Shown here: positions 27,895-37,455 of the stretch, piece by piece
Layout: each line of letters begins with the position of its first letter
Position numbering within the stretch: the first letter of the stretch is position 1
Virus record (IMG/VR): IMGVR_UViG_3300032308_002010
Span: 64,001 to 128,000 of that record
DNA length: 64,000 bases
Reading direction: 5' to 3' (one strand)
DNA from: a virus
Notes under the pieces: generated by a model
Database searches by the model: none
The model's input: only the letters and a program-made list of their open reading frames with translations
Told to the model about the DNA's origin: nothing
Translations under genes and position numbers: made by a program

Positions 27895-28602
27895 CTATAG
27901 CTTTTTTAAGATAGCGGCGACCAGCGGATGGCGCACGACATCACTGTGGGCAAACTGCACAACATCAATCCCCGACACGCCCTTGAGTTTATTCACTACT
28001 TCGTTCATGGGCGGCGGCGAAATCGGCAAGTCTGTCTGCTGGGGATCGCCCGTGACAATGATCTTTGAGTTCTGCCCAAAGCGCGAAAGAAACAGCTTGA
28101 ACTGCGTATACGTGGCGTTCTGGGCCTCGTCAAATACGCAGATACTGTCGTTGAACGTCCGGCCGCGTAGATAACATAACGGCGCCAGCACCACCGCTCT
28201 GTTGACAAACTCACGCTTGGGGCCAATTTTGCCCAAGAGCACATCCATGGTGTCGTACAGCGGCTGCATGTACGGATTGACCTTCTCGCCAAACGAACCG
28301 GGGAGATAACCAAGCTTTTCGCCGGCGTCTACGATCGGCCGGGTGAGCACGATAGATTCAGCGCGCTTGGCCAATATTTCATTGATAGCAAAAGCCATTG
28401 CCAGAAACGTCTTGCCCGAGCCAGCAGAGCCGAGCAGAAACGTGATGTCATTATCGTGCAGCGTTTTCCACGCCCGTCGCTGCGCTTCGGTGCGCCATTC
28501 GATTTCGCACGGCGTTAATAATGCTTTTGCTTTTTCCTGTTGGTCCTGTCGTTTCTTCGATTTCTTCTCGGCTCGCCGCACATTCCGTTGCTTGGGCGCC
28601 AT
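27895..28602 (-). CDS. phoH: PhoH family ATPase
   Basis: 'GSAGSGKT', 'LTRPIV', 'LGYLPGS', 'RGRTF', 'DEAQN', 'VTGDPQQTD', 'DVVRHPLV'. Confidence 0.95.
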   Translation of the reverse strand: MAPKQRNVRRAEKKSKKRQDQQEKAKALLTPCEIEWRTEAQRRAWKTLHDNDITFLLGSAGSGKTFLAMAFAINEILAKRAESIVLTRPIVDAGEKLGYLPGSFGEKVNPYMQPLYDTMDVLLGKIGPKREFVNRAVVLAPLCYLRGRTFNDSICVFDEAQNATYTQFKLFLSRFGQNSKIIVTGDPQQTDLPISPPPMNEVVNKLKGVSGIDVVQFAHSDVVRHPLVAAILKKL

Positions 28603-28643
28603 AAAGACTCGCTTTCAGGTTGTGTTACTCAGGTGCTCTTACC

Positions 28644-30581
28644 TCACAGACTCGCGGTCGGTGTTACGCGACCTGACTGCCGCGGCTTTGCGCGGTTCTG
28701 ATTCTGCACGATAGGCGACCGGAACTGCATCTGTACAGGTGATTGAAGCTGCGGTTGACCAGCGCCGTAGTACGCCGCAGCGCCGACGGCCGGCAGCGCT
28801 AACGCCGAATGTCGACCGGCGAGTTGACCCGCCTGACCTATAGCGCTTGTTGCCGCGCCAGCAGCTGCGCCAGCTGTGCCCATCATATTGCCAACAGCGT
28901 TCAACGTCGGCCGGTTGGGCGCGGCGTTAATAAGGCGCGTGCTCTGCTGCGCCACAGTGTCGCCCACAGTCGTAGCCGCGCGGCCCGCGCCGCCTACCAG
29001 TCCACGCGCACCAGCAGCCAGTCCGCGAGCGCCAGCAGCTAATCCGCGCGCAGCGAGGCCGCCAAACGCCTGTAACGCGTTTGCGTTTTTGCTGGCGCAC
29101 GCTGAGCCGGCAGCCGCAGCTAGCATTGGTAGTTTTTTCTTTACAACCGGTTTTGGCGCCGGCTTTGGCAGCGGCTGCTGAGCCTGAAACGGCACGGCCG
29201 CCGACTTTGCCACGGGTTGCTGCGCGTTGGTCGCGTCAGTTGCGACGGGCATCGCGGCTGGTCGCTGCTTGTCGTCGATCGGCTTACTTGTGCCACGAGA
29301 ACACGGCGTGCAACTCATCTCGGTCTTGCCGCGGGGCGCACTGGAGCCAGCTTTCTTTTCTTTCTTCTTCTTACTGCCAACGGGGCGGCACGAGTTGTTG
29401 CTGTACGGCTTCTTGCCCGGTACCGGTTCGTAGCCTTTCCAGCACCGACCAGCCATCTTACCGAACTCAAACGCCGAACCCTGCTTCACACCAGTCAGGC
29501 TCGCGTTCTGCAGCTGCGGCATGAGCTGTTCAATGATATTTTTATTGTGTGTTAGAAAGTCGTACATCTGTCTCCCCTGATCGCTAGACATATTGGGATC
29601 TCGGCCCATCAACATCGTGGTGCCGAACTCCGGGCTGAGCTGCCCGAGCGCATTAATTTGATCCATAGGGTTGCCGCCCTTGCCGCCGCCCATCATGCCG
29701 TAAAGAGCATTCGCGCCTTGGCCAACCATGCGGCGCGGGCCGTCGCCGAACATGCCGGCTCCAGCTGCCCCCAGACCAGCCGCACCCAAACCAAGCGCGC
29801 CCATTGCGCCGCCCATGCCATAATTTCCGCGGCCGCCCATAAACGCGCCAGCTAGCGCTAAGGGAACGCCGGCACCAATAGCGTAGCGAGCTTCAGTCGG
29901 CAGGCTGTTCCACATACCCATCAAGCCGCCATTCGCTGCGGCGGCCTGCGGATTTGCCTCGCCCTGCTGCTGCGCCATCGCCTGTGTCGCCGATTGTTGA
30001 TTCGCAAGCGTATCGGGTGTCGGCTCTGCGCCGCCGCCAACTAAACCCGTAGCCCGCGCACCGCCGTACATCGCACCGGCGCCAGTCGCGACGTTCAGCG
30101 GGTTGAGCTTGTCGCCCACAGGGCTTGTACCGAACATGCGGCCAGCTTCTGTCTGCACAGGACGCACAATACGGTCACCGAGCTTGCCGCCAGTAGCAGC
30201 AGCGCGGTTTGGGCCGTTCATAGCGTAGCGCGCGGCGTCGTCGGCGTAGTTCAGCCCTTGGCGCGTGGCGTCTTGCGCCACTTGGCCAACGCTCCCGACA
30301 AACTTAGTCGCATCAACAGCTTTGTTTGCGATCGTTTTGCCGGCACCGCTAATACGGTTTCCAACAGCGTCGTCCGCATTTTGTAAACCTTTTGCGGCGC
30401 CAGCGAGTACGGGTTTGGCCTTTTCAACGCCTTTTGTGACCAGCTGTTTGGCGGCAGGAAGCGCGCGCGTCGTGGCGTAATTGGCTGCTGCGCCGAGCAT
30501 ATTTTTAACGCCCGCGCCGACGTTGGCGTCTTTTTCAACTGTGTTTGCGATCAGAGCGCCAAACTGTTGTGTGTTATTCAT
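28644..30581 (-). CDS. Gly/Ala-rich modular K-x-A protein
   Basis: 645 aa; 'QQFG...EKDA' leader, glycine zippers, internal 'AFEFGKMAGRCWKGYEPVPGKKPYSNNSC' module. Confidence 0.7.
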   Translation of the reverse strand: MNNTQQFGALIANTVEKDANVGAGVKNMLGAAANYATTRALPAAKQLVTKGVEKAKPVLAGAAKGLQNADDAVGNRISGAGKTIANKAVDATKFVGSVGQVAQDATRQGLNYADDAARYAMNGPNRAAATGGKLGDRIVRPVQTEAGRMFGTSPVGDKLNPLNVATGAGAMYGGARATGLVGGGAEPTPDTLANQQSATQAMAQQQGEANPQAAAANGGLMGMWNSLPTEARYAIGAGVPLALAGAFMGGRGNYGMGGAMGALGLGAAGLGAAGAGMFGDGPRRMVGQGANALYGMMGGGKGGNPMDQINALGQLSPEFGTTMLMGRDPNMSSDQGRQMYDFLTHNKNIIEQLMPQLQNASLTGVKQGSAFEFGKMAGRCWKGYEPVPGKKPYSNNSCRPVGSKKKKEKKAGSSAPRGKTEMSCTPCSRGTSKPIDDKQRPAAMPVATDATNAQQPVAKSAAVPFQAQQPLPKPAPKPVVKKKLPMLAAAAGSACASKNANALQAFGGLAARGLAAGARGLAAGARGLVGGAGRAATTVGDTVAQQSTRLINAAPNRPTLNAVGNMMGTAGAAAGAATSAIGQAGQLAGRHSALALPAVGAAAYYGAGQPQLQSPVQMQFRSPIVQNQNRAKPRQSGRVTPTASL

Positions 30582-30636
30582 AGCCTGTAGTTCCTACCGT
30601 AAAAAGTGTGCGGAGACGGTTTGCGACGCGAGCGGA

Positions 30637-31218
30637 CTACCACTCCAGCTCCACCGGCCGACGTGTCCTGTAGTTAACATCAAAATCAATCGGCGACTGG
30701 AACTTCACGCCGGGCAGCGGCAGCTTCGGCGCGACAGAAGCCGTACCACCAAGTAACCCAGCTGCTACGAGTGACGGCACGCCATAAGAAGTTTCGGCCA
30801 GCTGCGATAGGCCGCGGCCGCCAGCCTGTAACGCTTTGCCCGCGAAGTCTGTGACTTGGCCGACACCACGCGTTGCCCGACCAGCCGCGCGGCCGCCAAA
30901 GCCCAGCGCGGACATCACGTCACCGTACATGCCGGTGTTCTTGGCGCCGTGATCGAGCACTGTTTTGCCGCCCTTCATGACTTCGCGGCCGAAGCCCTTG
31001 GCTAACCCAGCGGCGCCGCTTGTAGCTTGGCCAGCACCTTCAATTCCGCCGCCAAAACCACGTATGAGATGCTTAGCGCCCTGATTGATCGTCTTGGCGC
31101 CGGTCGCCACGCCGCGGCCAGCTTGCGCAAGCCGGGCAAAGATCGCGCCCATGTTGACGCTTGGCGCGGCAGATTTTTCCAGCTGCCCAACGCTGTATCC
31201 AAACTCAAATGGAGTCAT
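30637..31218 (-). CDS. Gly-rich K-x-A protein (FEFG leader)
   Basis: Likely start MTPFEFGYSVGQLEKSAA at 31218. Confidence 0.65.
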   Translation of the reverse strand: MTPFEFGYSVGQLEKSAAPSVNMGAIFARLAQAGRGVATGAKTINQGAKHLIRGFGGGIEGAGQATSGAAGLAKGFGREVMKGGKTVLDHGAKNTGMYGDVMSALGFGGRAAGRATRGVGQVTDFAGKALQAGGRGLSQLAETSYGVPSLVAAGLLGGTASVAPKLPLPGVKFQSPIDFDVNYRTRRPVELEW

Positions 31219-31249
31219 GTGCCAGTCCTTTGTTATGAAAATGCGTGTT

Positions 31250-31897
31250 TTACCACTTGAACGGTTGCACGCCGGGCGCTTGCAGCTGCTGCGCGCCAAT
31301 TTGCGCCGCGCTGCTTTCAACCGGTTGAGAGCCCATCGTCATGCCCACGGTGTTAATCGGATTGCGAATCATGGCGTTGCCAAGCGATTTTACAGGATTC
31401 ATTGGCACAGACATCGGGCCCATCTGTTTCCAGCTCGTTTGCATCTGCGGAATGTGCTTTTGAATGCCCTGCGACATCGTGGTGTTTATGTTATTTGCGG
31501 CGCGATTTGCGGCTACCATGCCGCGGCTTAACGCCTGCGCGCCATCGGCTGCGGCGCCCAGACCCTTGCCGACAGTCTGCGCTACGCGGCCACCACCGGC
31601 TAAGGCACGACTGCCGCGAAGCAGGCCCTTCGCGGCTCCCGTAGCCAGCGCAGCTCCCGGAATGAGGCCCAGCGCCATCATGCCGGCAGAGCCCAGCGAG
31701 CCAAGCACGTTGCCCTGACTAACGTTGTGGTACAGGTCTTGAGCGGATTGAACGGAGCCTAATCCCGGCACAAAGTAACCCAATCCGCGCGCGAGCGTGT
31801 TTTCTTGATTCAGCGGATTAAAACCGCCAAGGCTTGGGCCCAACGCCTGCTTTTCAATATGCGCCCCGACACTGTAGCCAAACTCGTATGGGCGCAT
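31250..31897 (-). CDS. Gly-rich K-x-A protein (YEFG leader)
   Basis: Likely start MRPYEFGYSVGAHIEKQA at 31897. Confidence 0.65.
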   Translation of the reverse strand: MRPYEFGYSVGAHIEKQALGPSLGGFNPLNQENTLARGLGYFVPGLGSVQSAQDLYHNVSQGNVLGSLGSAGMMALGLIPGAALATGAAKGLLRGSRALAGGGRVAQTVGKGLGAAADGAQALSRGMVAANRAANNINTTMSQGIQKHIPQMQTSWKQMGPMSVPMNPVKSLGNAMIRNPINTVGMTMGSQPVESSAAQIGAQQLQAPGVQPFKW

Positions 31898-31926
31898 GTG
31901 TAACTCCGACAGCTGACGATAGTTTA

Positions 31927-32463
31927 TTATTTCGTGGCGCATTCCCGGCCGCAACGAAACACCAGCGAATAGCGGGTGCCCGTGACCGGAAGTATTTCAT
32001 GGTTCCAATTGTAGCGAATTTCGTCGCGCAGTTGTACAAGGCTTCGGGGCGGCAGCTCTACGGAAAACGCACGCTGCTCTAGTGTAAACACCATCGTGGC
32101 CGGCGTAAGCAGGCTTAATACGGTAATTACAGCGCCGCCTTCGGGGAGATCAACGTGGGGTTTGATCACCTGTTTTTCCAGATATTGATTGAGTGTGATC
32201 GAGTCCGGGCGCTGTTCCACCAGTTTTTGCGTCACAAGCCGGTCTAGCAAAAACTGAAAATGTTCTGGAATCTTGTCCGACAAAATATCATTGGGGTACG
32301 GAACTGAAGAACCCCAGCGCTGAATAACATTTCGCGTCTTGGCGTGTCGGCGGGCGTGGCCTGTTGGAATACCCGCTTCGATGTGGGCGAGTAGCGTGCG
32401 CTCTTCAACGGGCGATAAAAACTCATCCAATAGCGTAAGCGTACGGACATCAGGTGGAGTCAT
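31927..32463 (-). CDS. AlkB-family 2OG-Fe(II) oxygenase
   Basis: 'LNQY', HxD 'PHVD', 'VLSL', distal His 'WNHEI', 'RYSLVFR'. Confidence 0.85.
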   Translation of the reverse strand: MTPPDVRTLTLLDEFLSPVEERTLLAHIEAGIPTGHARRHAKTRNVIQRWGSSVPYPNDILSDKIPEHFQFLLDRLVTQKLVEQRPDSITLNQYLEKQVIKPHVDLPEGGAVITVLSLLTPATMVFTLEQRAFSVELPPRSLVQLRDEIRYNWNHEILPVTGTRYSLVFRCGRECATK

Positions 32464-32477
32464 GCCGGACGCTCATT

Positions 32478-32852
32478 TTATTTAGTGTAGTTTGTAGGGC
32501 ACCGCCGATTGTCGCGCATTTCTCGGCGAAACGCTGCCGCCATTTTGCGCACATTACGGTTGTAGCAATGATAGTTTAAAAAATGCCCGAACATGAAATG
32601 ACACGATGTTTCGCACAGCGTGATGAGATTACTTTCGGTGAGTTCGAGTTCTGGCGCGATGCTCACCGGAAAAATATGATGCACGGCTAGGTTTTGCGCG
32701 CGGCCGCAGACCTCACACGCCGGATGCTTGGCTAAGTGCGCGGCTCGGACTCGTCGCCACTCACTTGCGCGCTGCCGCTGGCCGAGGATGTAGCGCGGCC
32801 GGAGCCAGTATGGGAGATATTTTGTGATTGTTGCAACAAGCGTTGAAAGCAC
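32478..32852 (-). CDS. HNH endonuclease
   Basis: 'CEVCG...VHHI...NLITLCETSCH'. Confidence 0.85.
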   Translation of the reverse strand: MLSTLVATITKYLPYWLRPRYILGQRQRASEWRRVRAAHLAKHPACEVCGRAQNLAVHHIFPVSIAPELELTESNLITLCETSCHFMFGHFLNYHCYNRNVRKMAAAFRREMRDNRRCPTNYTK

Positions 32853-32967
32853 GATTGCACCTCACGACTTCCGCACACATGTTTTGGCTCATAAGGACAG
32901 TTTTGGCAGCGACGCCCACAACACATTTCTTGCTGCAATAAAAATTGCCACGACAACGGCTGGCGGC

Positions 32968-33354
32968 TCATAGCACAGCGGAGGCGTGTGTGAACTTCTT
33001 CTCGTAATGCGAGTAGATCTCAGCAAACGCCACACCCCACGCAGCGTCGTGGGCGAGCTTGTTAAACGCCTCGTCTGTCTTAGCTTCGTCCAGACGATGG
33101 TTCCACGCCCGCGCATGCGCCCACTCGTGGATTAAGACGTCCATAGCGCGCGATTCGTCCAGACCTTTGTCGATCTGGATGTGGAACTTCTTGCCCTGTT
33201 TCCAGCAGCGGCCCTCTAGTTTAGATAGCTTTACCCGGCGCGCGCTCACGGGAAAAGCCGCAGGACACTCGTCTTTGAGCATCCGCAGGAGGGCATGATA
33301 GTACTTAAAACGAGCCGCCATGCTCAGTCCTCCTGCCGGGCGTCCTTGCCACAA
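32968..33354 (-). CDS. Small HExxH zincin-like protein
   Basis: 'VLIHEWAHA' and a downstream 'HDAAWG' motif; GGAG SD. Confidence 0.55.
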   Translation of the reverse strand: MWQGRPAGGLSMAARFKYYHALLRMLKDECPAAFPVSARRVKLSKLEGRCWKQGKKFHIQIDKGLDESRAMDVLIHEWAHARAWNHRLDEAKTDEAFNKLAHDAAWGVAFAEIYSHYEKKFTHASAVL

Positions 33355-33396
33355 CAGGGTGATTATACTTGAGCTGGCTAGTTTTGGCGGCAGTGA

Positions 33397-34185
33397 TTAT
33401 TCAGCGTTTTTCTGCAGCTGCGCTAATACCCGGGCAGCGCTTTCTTTCACTTCCTCGTCACCCGAGTCTTCCGACTTTTCTTCGGACTTCTCTTCTTTCT
33501 CTTCGCTTTCGGGCTTTTCTTTCTTCTTGCTAAAACTAGCGCCGATGTTCGCGCCGATGTTACCGCCCATGTGAGCGCCAGCGCCCAGACCAGCAGCGCC
33601 GCCAGCCAGTAAACCCAATCCAGCGCCCGGGCCGCCACCAAGGGCGCCGCCACCCAGCGCGCCCAGAATCCCGCCACCAGCGCCGCCAGCAAGGCCGCCG
33701 AGACCGCCGCCGGCCAAGCCGCCGAGCACAGAGAGCACAGAAGCTTTCTTACCTTCCCACGAGGGCTTGCCGAGAGCTGCGTCAGCTGCGGCATAGCCGC
33801 CGACGCCGCCCAACACCGCTCCGGGGACACCCCCGCGAACAACAGAATTACCGAAGTGACTCACTGCGTTTTGCACGCCGGCTCGCGTCGGGCCCATAAC
33901 GCGTGGCGGGCGGGGTCGAAACTTGCCGCGTGTCGCTAACATAGCGAGCAGCGTGCCAAGCATCATGCCGCCGGTCGAGCCAGCACCTGTGCTCAAGCCT
34001 TTTACAGCTCCGCGGCCAGTACTCTCCATGCGCATTTTGATATCGTCGGCGCCAGACACACTACCAGTTGGCGCTGTAACGGCGCCCAAGCCCGCGCCAA
34101 TACCGGCAGCTGCTGGTAGTGTAAAGAATGCTTTCTTCATTTGCTGGCCCATCTGCATCCCAAACTGCTGCGGCGTAATAGTCAT
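33397..34185 (-). CDS. Glycine-zipper K-x-A protein
   Basis: Likely start MTITPQQFGMQMGQQMKKA at 34185 (frame open to 34311); long GxxxG repeats after KKA and GKKAS. Confidence 0.7.
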   Translation of the reverse strand: MTITPQQFGMQMGQQMKKAFFTLPAAAGIGAGLGAVTAPTGSVSGADDIKMRMESTGRGAVKGLSTGAGSTGGMMLGTLLAMLATRGKFRPRPPRVMGPTRAGVQNAVSHFGNSVVRGGVPGAVLGGVGGYAAADAALGKPSWEGKKASVLSVLGGLAGGGLGGLAGGAGGGILGALGGGALGGGPGAGLGLLAGGAAGLGAGAHMGGNIGANIGASFSKKKEKPESEEKEEKSEEKSEDSGDEEVKESAARVLAQLQKNAE

Positions 34186-34288
34186 TCGGTCACCTGTGGC
34201 TTGCATGGAGTTTTGAATCTTGCGGGTGGCAACGTGCTGCATGATCTTCTCAAACAGCTTGCGCCGCGACAACGCCAGTTCCGTGAGT

Positions 34289-36550
34289 TTACTTACTGGA
34301 ATCGGCGGCATTGTCTTCGTCCAGAATACTCTTGCTGGGTTGTTCTTTGGCGTCTGGATATTTTAACAGCCGGCGCTTCTTCTTTGAAAGCGGGCGTTTC
34401 GGCACGTCTGGCGTGAGTTTGAGCGAACGAAACACTGCGCTGGCTTTCTCTTCTTGCGGCGCCTCTTTTGTTAATAACCGGTTGCGGCGCTTGAGATACT
34501 TTTGTAACTCCTGCTCCTGATACGCCTCCAGCATCGTTTTCACTTTGTCTGCCTTGGTGGGGGCGACTAGTTTCGCGGGGTCAATCGCCCAGTTTCGCAG
34601 CGCCCAGCCTCTGCGCGGCGTGGGCTTCGTCGAGAACGGCCCGCCATGGCGCGCTTTGAAGCTCGCCCACCGCTTGATCTGCCGCGTATCTTCGTCGGGG
34701 ATTCTGCGGCCGGAGTTATAGTTCTGGTACCACTCCAGCCAGCCCTTGGGGTCATGCTCCGTGACCCATTCTGGTTTCCATTCTCCTAAACTAGCGAGCC
34801 GCGGGCCTTCTTTTTCGTACAGCGATTTATACACACCCATGCGATGTAACTGGCCGGGTGTGAAGTCCGGCTGGAAGTCTGGTAGCTCAGCCTCCGCGTG
34901 TTTAAAAAGCGCAGGCACAACGCACACCACCTGACCCGGTTCTGCTTCGGTGGTGTGTTTGGGGTCAGAAACCGGAAAAAGTACCCCTCGTTGTGCCTGC
35001 GCAGTTTTATTATTTGCTTGCTGTTCTTGCTCTTTTTGTTTGCGATACTTGTCGCCCTCGTCTTTCAAGATCTTACGGAAGATCTCGTTGAGCTGTTCTT
35101 TTTCGGCCGTGAGGTGTTCGAGCACTTCGTCGCCGGTGCGCTCGCGCTTGTACCCCATGAGCTTACCAATCATGCTCGGGTCTTGGCTGGCGCTTAGATA
35201 TCTTTGGACTTGGACGTTCTTGAGTTCTTCAGGGAGATCTCGATGCGAGTCAAAACGTAAGCCACGACCGCGAGCTTGCTGGCTACGCGACTCATGCCAG
35301 TGCGGGTCTAAGAGCTGAATAAGACTCGTGCCCTTCGTTGACAAGCCTTCGGCGCCAGCAGGGCCAATTAAGAGCGCCCGCAGCTTACCTGTGTTGTATG
35401 CGTCCACGGCAGCTTGGCGCGCTTTTGGTGTGACGCCGCCGTGAAAGAACGCATGCGGGATCTTGGCTTTCTCTAGGCCAGCTGCATAAGGCGCCAAGCC
35501 AGAGTCAATGAAGTTTGAGTAAATGATGGCTTTCTTGCGCTTGTCTTCACCCAGTGTCTTCTGCAAATTCTGGAACGCCGTCTGTAACTTGGCGCTCTGC
35601 TGAAACGCCTTGCCCGGGTCTTTGTCGGCCCGAAACGGCTGTGTACTAAGACTTACTTGGCGCAAGCCAGTTAAGAAGCTATTTAACTTCGCTAGCTCGT
35701 CTTTACTTAACGGAAACTCTTGATCCAGCTTCCACAAGAACCCCGGCGGAATCTTCGTACGAATAGCCTTCTGAATCTTGTCCTGCGCTGGCGATAACGG
35801 CACACGCACGACTTCTTCTTTGACGTCGACGCCTTCAGGAGTCTTGCTGGGCTGATAGTCAACTTTGCCCTGCAGCAACTGGCGTAGCTCTTGCTCGTTC
35901 TTGACGACTGGCTTGACGCCGGGCTTCACGCCACGCAGCCAGCCAAACAAGCCGGGCCGCACAGTCTTATAATCTATGTAGCGCTTCTCAAACTCTTCGG
36001 GTGAGATCTGTTTATTGTTCAGCATCGATAACAAACTCGCCAAGTCCGTGGGCGAGTTTGTGATCGGCGAGCCTGTTAATAACATCAGCCGTTTAGCTTG
36101 CGCGGCGGCTTCAGCAGCGCCCGCAGAACTGGCGCTTCCCGGATTACGAAGTCTGTGCGCCTCGTCCATGATCAGCGTGCCGGGCTGCTGCTGGAACTTC
36201 TTGCCCAGCGCCAGCCCCGTGTAGCTCATGATCTCAGGGTTCGAGTTGCGCGTGAACTTCTTGATCTCTTTGTCAAAGTTGCCGCGTAAGCTCGCCGGGA
36301 CTACCACGCCATACTCTTCGCCGTCTTGCTCTTTGGCAGCTTCGGCGGCAGCGAGCGACGAGAGCGACTTGCCCGACCCTAAGCCGTGATAGACCAGCAA
36401 TCTGGGGTCAGGGCCGGCAATGCGATCGGCGATGCGTTGCTGATGCTCTTGCAGCTGGATCTCAGGCAAAAGCTCAGCGATTTTGTGCCACAGCCCAGCC
36501 GGCAACGCAGATTTTTTCATCGGCTGGTCATCGTCGAGAATGCTGTTCAT
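34289..36550 (-). CDS. SF2 helicase/ATPase (poxvirus D6/D11-like) with appended C-terminal domain
   Basis: 'LLVYHGLGSGKS', 'DEAH', 'LTGSP', 'AGAEGLSTK', 'GRGLRFDSH'; C-terminal 'DPKGWLEWY...GRR...DTRQIKRW' domain after KTA/KHA motifs. Confidence 0.85.
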   Translation of the reverse strand: MNSILDDDQPMKKSALPAGLWHKIAELLPEIQLQEHQQRIADRIAGPDPRLLVYHGLGSGKSLSSLAAAEAAKEQDGEEYGVVVPASLRGNFDKEIKKFTRNSNPEIMSYTGLALGKKFQQQPGTLIMDEAHRLRNPGSASSAGAAEAAAQAKRLMLLTGSPITNSPTDLASLLSMLNNKQISPEEFEKRYIDYKTVRPGLFGWLRGVKPGVKPVVKNEQELRQLLQGKVDYQPSKTPEGVDVKEEVVRVPLSPAQDKIQKAIRTKIPPGFLWKLDQEFPLSKDELAKLNSFLTGLRQVSLSTQPFRADKDPGKAFQQSAKLQTAFQNLQKTLGEDKRKKAIIYSNFIDSGLAPYAAGLEKAKIPHAFFHGGVTPKARQAAVDAYNTGKLRALLIGPAGAEGLSTKGTSLIQLLDPHWHESRSQQARGRGLRFDSHRDLPEELKNVQVQRYLSASQDPSMIGKLMGYKRERTGDEVLEHLTAEKEQLNEIFRKILKDEGDKYRKQKEQEQQANNKTAQAQRGVLFPVSDPKHTTEAEPGQVVCVVPALFKHAEAELPDFQPDFTPGQLHRMGVYKSLYEKEGPRLASLGEWKPEWVTEHDPKGWLEWYQNYNSGRRIPDEDTRQIKRWASFKARHGGPFSTKPTPRRGWALRNWAIDPAKLVAPTKADKVKTMLEAYQEQELQKYLKRRNRLLTKEAPQEEKASAVFRSLKLTPDVPKRPLSKKKRRLLKYPDAKEQPSKSILDEDNAADSSK

Positions 36551-36564
36551 AGCGGACCGGTGAC

Positions 36565-37413
36565 CTATTTTGACGCATTAATATCTAAATCAGCCACGGG
36601 GTTCGGCCCCAATGTGGCCTGCGCCGCCAACTCACGCTCGTGCTTCTGAATTTCAGATTCTACCCAATCTTTGTACAAACTCACACGGGTAAACGCGCTG
36701 TCGTCGCCGTACGTGCCGTCTGGTTTCCCGTCGGCGTGCGCTAAAAATGAGTTAATTCCCGCTAATTGATTGCCAATGAACATTCCGCCGCCAGAATCTC
36801 CGGGGGCAATCATGAACTCTAGCGGAAACCGCCCTTCTTTTCTGGGCGAGCACAAAACTGTTGCCAGATGCGCGGACAAAAGCTTGTTGTGTCCCGCCCG
36901 GCGTTGATTATCTGTTTTTGTGGCGCCCGTAATAAAGTTTCCAGTTGAGCCCCAGCCCGCAATCGTCACGGCTTGGCCTATTTCATCTGTGTTGCTGTAC
37001 AGCGGCACATAGAACGCTAGTTTGAAGTCTTCGGCTACGTAGCACAGCGCAATATCGTGCAGCCCGATTTTGTCTGCGTTGTAATCTTTGTGGTGCACCT
37101 TATAGACAACGCGATGTTTCTTCTCGCCCACATGGATTACGTTGTTATTCGATCCATTGATGACGTGTGCGGCGGTTAACGCCCAGTGCGGCCGGATGAT
37201 CACAGCCGAGGCAAGCTGTTCGTGGTGTTCGTCGCACTTCGTGCAGTCAATGTCGTTGGTGATCCGCACGACAAAGGGAAACTGCTTGCCAAACTCGACA
37301 TACTTGGCGTCTGGTGTGCTGGGGTCGATCGTGCCGGCCATCGCAGCGCGCGAAGCCGCCAGAAGAATGATCACAAAGCGTAGCAGGCGGGCGCACAGTT
37401 CTTGCACGTTCAT
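36565..37413 (-). CDS. Secreted trypsin/chymotrypsin-like (S1) serine protease
   Basis: Signal peptide; catalytic triad 'TAAHV', 'HDIAL', 'GDSGG'. Confidence 0.9.
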   Translation of the reverse strand: MNVQELCARLLRFVIILLAASRAAMAGTIDPSTPDAKYVEFGKQFPFVVRITNDIDCTKCDEHHEQLASAVIIRPHWALTAAHVINGSNNNVIHVGEKKHRVVYKVHHKDYNADKIGLHDIALCYVAEDFKLAFYVPLYSNTDEIGQAVTIAGWGSTGNFITGATKTDNQRRAGHNKLLSAHLATVLCSPRKEGRFPLEFMIAPGDSGGGMFIGNQLAGINSFLAHADGKPDGTYGDDSAFTRVSLYKDWVESEIQKHERELAAQATLGPNPVADLDINASK

Positions 37414-37455
37414 GGCAAGCCCCCAGTCTTAGATATGTAAATGTGTCGTGCTATC

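Noticed and set aside
36565-37413. S1 protease as the enzyme cutting K-x-A sites
   Set aside because: The position equivalent to trypsin D189 is Met (FMIAPGDSGG), so it is not Lys-specific, and it has a signal peptide.
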